In this document: positions 21,137 through 29,151 of the stretch, in pieces
Layout of the letters: each line of letters opens with the position of its first letter
Numbering within the stretch: the first letter of the stretch is position 1
Assembly (NCBI GenBank): GCA_963743615.1
Contig: CAVUQF010000002.1
Location: forward strand, 129,697-193,696
Direction: 5' to 3'
From: an uncultured Nanoarchaeota archaeon
GTDB lineage: Archaea; Nanobdellota; Nanobdellia; Pacearchaeales; GW2011-AR1
Length of the DNA stretch: 64,000 bases
Translations under genes and position numbers: made by a program
The notes under the pieces: generated by a model
Databases searched by the model: none
What the model saw: the letters and a program-made list of their open reading frames with translations, nothing else
Told to the model about the DNA's origin: nothing

Positions 21137-21700
21137 TTAAACTGTCTTAGGCAAGGGCATCTCTTCAGTCTTCATTTCCGCAACAATTTTTATGCTTCCA
21201 GGCATTTTTGGCTTTATTTCTTTCAGAATGGTCCTTAGAATCCTAATTCCATTGTCATTTTGGACTGCAAAGAAGAATATTCTGCTACCTGGTTTTAAAA
21301 TAGCTGATCTCCCCACAGATTTTCCAAAAGATAGTGCCATTCCTGTTTGCATTCTATCTGCTCCAGCTCCAGTAAGCATTTTATTTTCCCTTTGTATGTG
21401 ATGTGGGTAAGGGAGTATTTTGAATAGATATTTTCCAAGCAACAGCTTATCAAGCTCCTTGTTTATATACTGCCTGCAGGCTTCAAGAGCATTATGCCTT
21501 ATCTGCACACTTTCTGCTGAGACAACTGTTAGCTGATAAGGGAATTTCCCGTCCCTGAAAGCCTTCCAATCTCCCATGGTAAATTTAACAATTTTTGAAG
21601 GAGGAACTACCTTTACATATGAGTACTTTTTCTTCTTACTCTTTCTTGTGAAAGGAACAACTGTCTTTCTTGAATATGCAGATGCTTTTCTTAATCCCAT
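21137..21700 (-). CDS. rpl10e: 50S ribosomal protein uL16 (L10e)
   Basis: QIRHNALEACR, YPHHIQRENKMLTGAGADRMQTGM. Confidence 0.95.
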   Translation of the reverse strand: MGLRKASAYSRKTVVPFTRKSKKKKYSYVKVVPPSKIVKFTMGDWKAFRDGKFPYQLTVVSAESVQIRHNALEACRQYINKELDKLLLGKYLFKILPYPHHIQRENKMLTGAGADRMQTGMALSFGKSVGRSAILKPGSRIFFFAVQNDNGIRILRTILKEIKPKMPGSIKIVAEMKTEEMPLPKTV

Positions 21701-21701
21701 T

Positions 21702-21962
21702 TTACTTTATTTCAACCCCTGTTGTGACTGCCTGTCCCGGCAGACCTTTTTCGAATATAGCCCTTATTACTCCTTTGTTTCCGTGAGCTGAAGAAACCTT
21801 TCCCATAATTACCTTCCCGGCTGGAGATTTCCACTCAACTTCTTTTCCGACAAACTTTTCAGCGTCTTTCCTTGTGTGAATTCCTTCAACTTCTATTAAA
21901 AAATGTCTTTTATGGACGGTATGATTACCTCTTCTAAACTGTACAACGAGACCTTTTGTCAT
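21702..21962 (-). CDS. rpl35ae: 50S ribosomal protein eL33 (L35Ae)
   Basis: FRRG, GKVSSAHGNKGVIRAIF, GLPGQA. Confidence 0.93.
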   Translation of the reverse strand: MTKGLVVQFRRGNHTVHKRHFLIEVEGIHTRKDAEKFVGKEVEWKSPAGKVIMGKVSSAHGNKGVIRAIFEKGLPGQAVTTGVEIK

Positions 21963-22038
21963 TTTTATTGATAATTTACTAAAACATTTAGATATAGAGA
22001 TATTATAAAATCAGTTTAAAAAGATTGCCTTTCTAAGG

Positions 22039-22494
22039 TTAGGAGAACGCCTGCTTTACGTTCTTGCTGAATAATAGATATCCTCCAATTAGCCCGTTTA
22101 TAACAGCTAAAATAGTCCCCCAGATAACACTTGTTGTAATCGAGAAAATTGATCCCAAAACAGCAATACATTCAAAGATTATCACAATGACTCTTGACCA
22201 TTTCTGTCCTTTCCACAAACCCCTTCCTATGAAAAAGTAAAGTAAACCAAAGGCGATGATTATAATGCCTGCAACAACAAACAAGCCAGAACCCAGAGTG
22301 CTTAGCAAAGGAATGGAGCTAAACATTGAACTGATAAGCCCCCCTCCAAGAATCAAAGCTAAACCTGCAAAAACAGAAATAACTGAACCAATATAATATA
22401 ATATGGAAAGAATCTTCACAAGCGCCGGAATGCCCACCTTGACGGCTGGACTAACAGGATTAACTTGAGGACTCAAAGCCGGATTATTATCCAT
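22039..22494 (-). CDS. hypothetical membrane protein (4 TM)
   Basis: Hydrophobic; GLWKGQKWSR motif. Confidence 0.75.
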   Translation of the reverse strand: MDNNPALSPQVNPVSPAVKVGIPALVKILSILYYIGSVISVFAGLALILGGGLISSMFSSIPLLSTLGSGLFVVAGIIIIAFGLLYFFIGRGLWKGQKWSRVIVIIFECIAVLGSIFSITTSVIWGTILAVINGLIGGYLLFSKNVKQAFS

Positions 22495-22552
22495 AAACTA
22501 AACCTCTTTTCATTTCCATTGCGCAATTATAAAAAATTCTTATTATAAAAAC

Positions 22553-23674
22553 TTATCTTTCTAAAACAATAATACTTCTTCCAATAATTGAATCTTTCCT
22601 GAACTCATTTATCGGGCCCTCTACAATTTTCAATTTTGTAGCGGAACTGATTTTTTTGAAATCACAAGAGATCTGGCCTCTTCCTGTGAAGATAAGGGGG
22701 GCAGTAAATACTATCTTTCCGTTTACATAACTCTTAAGATTTTTCAGCGTTTTTATTATAAGTTCCTCGAAATTATTTTTTATTTTGTTTGCTTCTTCTT
22801 TCGAAGGATTGTTTTTCTGCAATTTTCCAAGTTCTGGCTCTGTAGCAACCCCATTAACCTTAGAAATTCTTGCAACAGAAGAATCTTCATTTAATATCTT
22901 GTATTGATCTCTTTCAAAGCCAAACCATCCAAGATTTTTTCTTGCATCTTCAACAGCTTTTTTATCTTTATCAATTCCAACGGCCTTTATTTTTTGGAGC
23001 AAAGCCTCCTCTAGTATCACTCCAATCCCACAAAAAGGATCAAGGATAACTTCTTCATCTTTTACTTCTGATAAATTTATTAAAATCTTTGCAAGTCTAG
23101 GAGATATAGAAAGCTCATTCCTTCTTATCGGTTTTTTCATGTCTCTTTCTTCAATTTGTTCGTAATCAATTTTTTCAATTATTCTTCCAAAATTATCTTC
23201 AAAAATAAAATATTGCTCATCAATATTTTTTGATGAAACGTTGGGAACAAACTCTCCATCCTGTAATTTTATATTTCCTGTCAGTTTCTTTTCAGTAGCT
23301 TTTAATCCCTCTTTTTTTAATTTTTGCTTCAAATAAAATAGAACATCGCTGAAGTCTTTTCCATTGAAATTATATAGAACATAATTTAATTTGTTATCTT
23401 CCGAATAATAAATTATTTTCTTTTCTAGCTCATCAAAAATATTTTTTCCAGTCCCTGAGGCAAGAACCTCTCCTATTGAAATAACTCCTCCAAATTTTTC
23501 AACTGTTCCTCTTTCAAATTTTTTATTTGTTTCTACTAATAGCCCATTATCGAAAAGTCCAATCTGCTTAAAGTCAAGATTATTTTTCCTGAAAAAAGCC
23601 TTTACTTCCGCAATAGATAGTTCTATATTTCTTCCGAGAATAAAAAGATATTTCATTTTAGAACAAGATTTCAA
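22553..23674 (-). CDS. Trm11/TrmG10-like tRNA methyltransferase
   Basis: SISPRLAKILINLS, LDPFCGIG, TEPELG; start probably at MKYLFILG. Confidence 0.75.
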   Translation of the reverse strand: MKSCSKMKYLFILGRNIELSIAEVKAFFRKNNLDFKQIGLFDNGLLVETNKKFERGTVEKFGGVISIGEVLASGTGKNIFDELEKKIIYYSEDNKLNYVLYNFNGKDFSDVLFYLKQKLKKEGLKATEKKLTGNIKLQDGEFVPNVSSKNIDEQYFIFEDNFGRIIEKIDYEQIEERDMKKPIRRNELSISPRLAKILINLSEVKDEEVILDPFCGIGVILEEALLQKIKAVGIDKDKKAVEDARKNLGWFGFERDQYKILNEDSSVARISKVNGVATEPELGKLQKNNPSKEEANKIKNNFEELIIKTLKNLKSYVNGKIVFTAPLIFTGRGQISCDFKKISSATKLKIVEGPINEFRKDSIIGRSIIVLER

Positions 23675-25472
23675 AATCGCCTAATTCTTTCTTTAGTAAG
23701 GCAAAAGCTTCCGAAGAAATATTCGCAGCTTTCTTGTATTTCTGCTGTTCCGCAGCCTTAGAAACCTCTTCCATATTTGATTCTGATATCTTGTCAGTAA
23801 TTTTCTTTATTTTTCCTTCCTCAAACAAAAATAATTCTTTGTCATAAACCAATACTTCAGCAGTTTTATCCTTGTCTTTTTCTCGGTATTTAATTGTCAT
23901 TCTTCTCTTGTCGAGTTCGGCCAAATCCTTTCTCTGAGAAAATTCAATAAGACTGTTAATTAAAGTGGTTGCTTCTCTCCTTATGTTGTCTATTGCATGA
24001 AGGCTAGATTTTTCTTTGCCAAATTCTTTTTTTGCCGCAATTATATTATTTATAATCTTAAGATGTTGGGAACTGAATTTCCCTCCCCCGACCATCTTCT
24101 GAAATTCTTCTATTATTGCAGGATTGGAAGCCTTACCAGTTACCGACTTGAGTAATTCAAAAACTTGCTGATAAATTTCTTCAATAGTTTTTTTCTGTGC
24201 CCTTTTTTCAATCTGTTCTCTTAGTTCTTTCAATCTTTTTAAGTACTCTTCAGTGCCGCTGATGAACTCATCCAAAGCGGCTCCTTTTATTTCCTTGAGC
24301 TTTTCATGCTCATACTCTTTATATTTTTCAATGACCTTTTCCAGTATTGTAACATATTTCGCTTCAAGCATTTTTTCCTTATCGACGAAGATTTCTCTCA
24401 TTTCCTTGACCGTTTGCTTTGGTGTTGGGGGAGGCAATCCGTAAAGCATAAGCAATGCCTGACTCGGAGTTATAACTCCCCAATAAATCTCATGAACAAG
24501 TATATCTAATAGTGCCCCTTTTGCTCTCTGCACGGTCTTATCTCCCATAGACATAAACATATCAATTGCTTCTGGAGAAGGTTTTAGCTTTCCCATCTTC
24601 AATAGAATTTTCCAAGGCATGAATGTTCCTCTATCATAAAGTGGAACTCCGTCTCTTATAAAAGTAAAAATGACTGGTTCTGCATCTTTAACTTTCTCCC
24701 AAAACTCAGTAAGAAGGTAAACCTGAACATTCAGGATATTCTCTTTGACTCCTGCAATGGCATAAGCCTCAGAGATGTACTGATAAATAATTCCTCTCAA
24801 TCTTTCTTTTAATTCCAATCTTGGCATTCTTTTTACATCCGTATCATTGATAATTATGAAGACATCAACATCTGAAGTCTTTGAAGCTTCACCCCTTACA
24901 ATGCTTCCAGCAATTACATAGCTGACAACGTATCTCTCAAACTTTTGAAGAACAAGCGTTTTATGAACTTCAGCTACTCTTAATGATTTCAAGAATCCTT
25001 TGTCATAGAGGGGGAAAGACATGGCAATTGCGCTGAGAATCTCAAACTTGCTATCCATTCCATATTCCCAAACATCTCCATTTGTTTTTACATAAACCCA
25101 GATATCTTGTTTTTCCTTTTCAATCTCTTTTACAACTTCTTCTTTTATCTTGGTTATCTCTTTAACCTTATCATCCGGAATAATAATACACAAATGAATT
25201 TTTTTTAGCAATTTTTCTAACTGATCTTTTGGAGTGTCTTCACCAAGTTCTTCTTCAATAACTATCTTAAGAGCTTGCGATGGAAGAACTCCAATTGCTT
25301 TTACAAATGGATATTTCTTTGTTATAAACAACTTAAGTTTATTCAGTTCTTTTTTTGTTTTATCGATATTCTTCTGTGTCTCTGTAGGACTGGGTAGATT
25401 AGTCTTATTGGAAGATGAGTAGTTATTGTTAAGATTCATCTCAGGAATATCTTTGCTGCTTTCTTCGGGCAT
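23658..25472 (-). CDS. nucleotidyltransferase-HEPN-like fusion with an extra degenerate N-terminal NTase-like domain
   Basis: IAGSIVRG...SDVDVFII; IYWGVITPSQALL; YKEYEH; paralog of 19164..20108. Confidence 0.78.
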   Translation of the reverse strand: MPEESSKDIPEMNLNNNYSSSNKTNLPSPTETQKNIDKTKKELNKLKLFITKKYPFVKAIGVLPSQALKIVIEEELGEDTPKDQLEKLLKKIHLCIIIPDDKVKEITKIKEEVVKEIEKEKQDIWVYVKTNGDVWEYGMDSKFEILSAIAMSFPLYDKGFLKSLRVAEVHKTLVLQKFERYVVSYVIAGSIVRGEASKTSDVDVFIIINDTDVKRMPRLELKERLRGIIYQYISEAYAIAGVKENILNVQVYLLTEFWEKVKDAEPVIFTFIRDGVPLYDRGTFMPWKILLKMGKLKPSPEAIDMFMSMGDKTVQRAKGALLDILVHEIYWGVITPSQALLMLYGLPPPTPKQTVKEMREIFVDKEKMLEAKYVTILEKVIEKYKEYEHEKLKEIKGAALDEFISGTEEYLKRLKELREQIEKRAQKKTIEEIYQQVFELLKSVTGKASNPAIIEEFQKMVGGGKFSSQHLKIINNIIAAKKEFGKEKSSLHAIDNIRREATTLINSLIEFSQRKDLAELDKRRMTIKYREKDKDKTAEVLVYDKELFLFEEGKIKKITDKISESNMEEVSKAAEQQKYKKAANISSEAFALLKKELGDFEILF

Positions 25473-25510
25473 ATCTAAATTATCAAGATAATACTTTTAA
25501 ATGTTTTTAA

Positions 25511-25522
25511 GTGCGCGGACCG
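25511..25522 (-). repeat. 12-bp duplicate of the tRNA-Gly 3' end (att-like)
   Basis: GTGCGCGGACCG is identical to 26185-26196. Confidence 0.6.
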
Positions 25523-25557
25523 AGCTGATTACCATTTTGGCATTCTTCTAAGATGTA

Positions 25558-26019
25558 TTATTTGTAGTATATACTTATGTTTATAATTCCATCTGTTATC
25601 CAATCATTTCCGAAAGTTGCATCAAGTCGTTCTAACCGACTCTGCAATTCTTGATCATTTTTGTAATGAACAAACATAGAGCGAATTGGTAGATCAGAAT
25701 TATCTCTTGTAATAATATTTTTAATTAGCTTAGTATATTCTTCAAGTTCCTCTTTTTTAAATTCAAATCTAAAACCAAATTCTATCTCTACAAGGAAAGG
25801 AATCATTTCTGGGTGCCCTTTTTTTCTAGATATGTTAAACTTTTCCATCCAAGATCTTATTTCAGATAAATTATTTTTATGATCTTCTTCAGATTGAACT
25901 CTCTTAATTATCATTCCCATCGTTTCAACATTTAATCCATATACAAATTTCTTTGTTTTAACTTGATTACTGCCATTACTAGTAATTTTCCAAATTCTTT
26001 TCCATCCCTTAGGTTTCAT
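25558..26019 (-). CDS. hypothetical protein in the tRNA-Gly islet
   Basis: 153-aa ORF between the 12-bp repeats. Confidence 0.6.
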   Translation of the reverse strand: MKPKGWKRIWKITSNGSNQVKTKKFVYGLNVETMGMIIKRVQSEEDHKNNLSEIRSWMEKFNISRKKGHPEMIPFLVEIEFGFRFEFKKEELEEYTKLIKNIITRDNSDLPIRSMFVHYKNDQELQSRLERLDATFGNDWITDGIINISIYYK

Positions 26020-26185
26020 ACTAGCCTTTTCTTTTTTGATAAAGCCTTTTAATTCAAGTTTTTTCCTTCCATCTATAGAATGTTTCTTTGCGTTTGTAGG
26101 GATCTATTTTCATATTTCTTTAAGCTTAATTTTATTTTTAAGCAACTGGTATATACTACCCTACAAAAATGCCAAGAAGATTAGG

Positions 26186-26256
26186 TGCGCGGACCGGGAG
26201 TCGGACCCGGCTCACCTCGTTGGCAACGAGATATTCTACCGATTAACTACCCGCGC
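26186..26256 (-). tRNA. tRNA-Gly(GCC)
   Basis: GCGCGGG...TTGCCAA...CCGGGTCCGACTCCCGG TCCGCGCA cloverleaf. Confidence 0.92.
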
Positions 26257-26286
26257 TTAATTTATCATTAATTGCCAAAGACAAAA

Positions 26287-26357
26287 TGGTCCTAGGAGGA
26301 GTCGGACCTCCCCTTCCTCGGTGTAAACGAGGTGTTCTACCGATAGACTATAAGACC
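26287..26357 (-). tRNA. tRNA-Val(TAC)
   Basis: GGTCTTA...TTTACAC...GGAGGTCCGACTCCTCC TAGGACCA cloverleaf. Confidence 0.92.
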
Positions 26358-26495
26358 TTAATCTGTGAAATTTTAAGAATTTGAGCACTTTTAAAATTTT
26401 GGTTTGTGGGATATAATCCCTACATTTGATAAAAGAAAAAGATTTTAAATGATTAAATAATAAATTAATAAAATGAATAAAAAAGGGGATTTGTT

Positions 26496-27815
26496 ATGGT
26501 GATTAGTCATGAGGAGAAAGTTGAAAAGATTTCTAATCAATTAAAATCTTACAAGAGCAAAGAGCCAATTTCATTGAAGAAAAAGAGTGTTCCGCATCAG
26601 GTTCCGAAGCCTCAGGATAAATTTTATTCGGATAACAAGATATACATTGGAGATTTGGACGAGATAATAAGCATAGATCCTGACGAAAAAACTTGTATTG
26701 CAGAGCCAGGGGTCATGTTTGTGGATTTGGTCAAGGCAACACTGAAATATAACCTCGTTCCGCTAACTGTGCCGGAACATAAAACGATAACAATTGGCGG
26801 GGCGGTTGCAGGATGTTCAATTGAGTCTATGTCTTATAAATATGGAGGATTTCATGATAGTTGCTTGGAATATGAAGTAATAACTGCAAAGGGGGATGTA
26901 ATAATTTGCTCCCCAAAAGATAATAATTTATTATTCCAGATGATGCAAGGAACATTTGGAACTCTGGGGATAATTTCGAGGCTCAAATTCAAGCTTGTTC
27001 AGGCAAAGCCCTTTGTTAAGGTAACACACGAAAAGTATGGCAGTTTGAAAGATTACAAATCTGCAATTTGGAAGCATTTTAAGAATAAAGACATTGATTT
27101 TATGGATGGATTCATCAATGGCACTGAAGAGATGATGTTAAGCATAGGAAATTTTGTTGATAAAGCTCCGTATTCTCATAGTTATGATTGGACAAGAGTA
27201 TATTATTCACAAAGTATTATGAAAAGAAGGGAAGATTATCTTAAGACAAAAAATTATCTTTTTAGATATGATAAAGGGCACGCAACTCCAACTCGAAAGA
27301 CATTCATTGGAAGACTACTATTTGGTAAATTTAGCGGTTCTAATTCGATACTGAAACTGGCCAATGAATTTCACTGGCTGATTCCTCCGGACAAAATTCC
27401 GATTATCGTTGATTTGTTTATTCCATTTTCAAAGATGGAAGAATTTATGGATTGGTATGTAAAGCAAATTGATTTTTTCCCATTATGGTGTGTTCCCTAC
27501 AAGCCCCAGCATAATTATGAATGGTTATCTCCTGAATTTGTCAGCAAGAAAGATGATGGACTAGTTCTGGATATTGCAATTTATGACATGAAAAAAAATA
27601 AAGACAAGAATTACTATAGAATGATGGAGCAAGAATTAATGAAAATAAAGGGAATAAAGACGCTTATATCGAATAACTATTATTTTGAGAAGGAATTCTG
27701 GAAAATTTGGAACAAAAAGAATTACTACAAGATAAAAAAGATAACCGATCCAGCCAACATTCTCAGAGATTTATATGAAAAAACTTGCCAAGCATCAATG
27801 GGGCTTGGGAGATAG
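26496..27815 (+). CDS. FAD-binding oxidoreductase (VAO/PCMH family, DHCR24/TmsA-like)
   Basis: AEPGV, VPEHKTITIGGAVAGCSIESMSYKYG, GTFGTLG, DPANILRDLYEK. Confidence 0.85.
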   Translation: MVISHEEKVEKISNQLKSYKSKEPISLKKKSVPHQVPKPQDKFYSDNKIYIGDLDEIISIDPDEKTCIAEPGVMFVDLVKATLKYNLVPLTVPEHKTITIGGAVAGCSIESMSYKYGGFHDSCLEYEVITAKGDVIICSPKDNNLLFQMMQGTFGTLGIISRLKFKLVQAKPFVKVTHEKYGSLKDYKSAIWKHFKNKDIDFMDGFINGTEEMMLSIGNFVDKAPYSHSYDWTRVYYSQSIMKRREDYLKTKNYLFRYDKGHATPTRKTFIGRLLFGKFSGSNSILKLANEFHWLIPPDKIPIIVDLFIPFSKMEEFMDWYVKQIDFFPLWCVPYKPQHNYEWLSPEFVSKKDDGLVLDIAIYDMKKNKDKNYYRMMEQELMKIKGIKTLISNNYYFEKEFWKIWNKKNYYKIKKITDPANILRDLYEKTCQASMGLGR

Positions 27816-27867
27816 TTGGAATTTAGTGATAATCCTCCAAAATTCTTACATTTTAATGTTGTAAATT

Positions 27868-27889
27868 GATGTAATTATGTAATAATAAC
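27868..27889 (+). promoter_or_regulatory. palindromic operator upstream of a TATA box (regulon site 2)
   Basis: GATGTAATT-ATGT-AATAATAAC, 12 nt, then TTTATAAA at 27902. Confidence 0.5.
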
Positions 27890-27930
27890 ATTATACAAAT
27901 CTTTATAAATAATTCAATGATGAAAGGAAC

Positions 27931-29151
27931 ATGAAGAAGCCATCTCGCGCTAAAGGAATTATAGCCTCCTTAGGTTTAATAGTTGGAGGATCATTGCACG
28001 GACAAAGTTCTGCTGTTCCCTTACCCGCTCCAATATATAGAACAAATGACGGAGTTTTTGCTACGCCTGAAAAACTTCCTTTTTCTAAAGATAGAGAATA
28101 TTCACTAAGATCTCTTTTGGGTGATGGAAAGGATGCTAGCTTTTATGCTATGGATCCTGTGGTTTTAATCAAGGGTAAAATAAACTTCTTGGAAGGAAAT
28201 AGTCCTGAAGTGAAAAAACATTATACTGATGATGCAAGACAGCGTGAGATAAGAGAGTGCGAATCTCTTTTAACGCAAGTAGGAAATGAAAAAAGAGATC
28301 CGGGATATGCCCAATCTTTGAAAAATCTTGATGATGCAGTAAAGGATGGAATAATCACTCCCAAAGAGATGAAAGGCCTTGAGCAAAATGTTACTTACGG
28401 GATTGGCGAACGAGGCAAGAATTTTGATGCTCCAATGCTTGTATATTTTCCCTCACTAGAGCCAAAGCCGGACATTGAAAGTATTGTAGCGCCAAAAAAA
28501 ATAATTTATGATGAGGCAAAACAACCTCTACCCCTGCCAAAAATTCCAAAGGATCACGGAAAATCTCCACGATTAACGACTGAAGATGGCCCCGCACTGA
28601 TTTTTGGGGCAGAGACAGGAATTCCTTTTCAATATGGAGCAACAATAGGGGGAAAATGGAATAATCTAGCACTAACTTTAACTTTAGATAGAATTCCAGA
28701 TGAGAATATTATTAATATAAACAAGAGTCTAGGTGGAAATATTTCTTATATAGCCAGTGAGGATTATACTAATATTACCTCTATTACAGGCGCTGTTACT
28801 GGATATATCCCAATTACAAAAAGCCTTTCTCTGTCTGTTGGGCCATCATTTGGGGCAAAGATGTATACAAGAAAAGATACAGCCGCAATTGCGGACGTTA
28901 CAGATCCAAGCAATCCAGTATATATTAATCAGGGCAACGGCCCAATAACATCTTCTTATTTGCAAGAGCAGTGGGTATTAGGAGGAAATGTAGGTATGAA
29001 CCTTAGGGTAGGCCCATTTGGAATTAATCCTTATGTTGGATACAGGAGGGTATACGGAGAGGGTTTAACTGATCTGTTAAACGGTTCGGATGAATTTGTC
29101 GGAGGAGCTAACTTAATATTCTATCTTGGTAAAAGAAAGAGTGAAAAATGA
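27931..29151 (+). CDS. secreted protein with a Pro-rich linker and C-terminal beta-barrel-like domain
   Basis: Signal peptide ending LHG/Q; alternating Gly/aromatic beta-strands in the last ~190 aa. Confidence 0.65.
   Translation: MKKPSRAKGIIASLGLIVGGSLHGQSSAVPLPAPIYRTNDGVFATPEKLPFSKDREYSLRSLLGDGKDASFYAMDPVVLIKGKINFLEGNSPEVKKHYTDDARQREIRECESLLTQVGNEKRDPGYAQSLKNLDDAVKDGIITPKEMKGLEQNVTYGIGERGKNFDAPMLVYFPSLEPKPDIESIVAPKKIIYDEAKQPLPLPKIPKDHGKSPRLTTEDGPALIFGAETGIPFQYGATIGGKWNNLALTLTLDRIPDENIININKSLGGNISYIASEDYTNITSITGAVTGYIPITKSLSLSVGPSFGAKMYTRKDTAAIADVTDPSNPVYINQGNGPITSSYLQEQWVLGGNVGMNLRVGPFGINPYVGYRRVYGEGLTDLLNGSDEFVGGANLIFYLGKRKSEK

Noticed and set aside
26036..26260. 74-aa ORF on the plus strand
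   Set aside because: Runs antisense through tRNA-Gly; no protein features.
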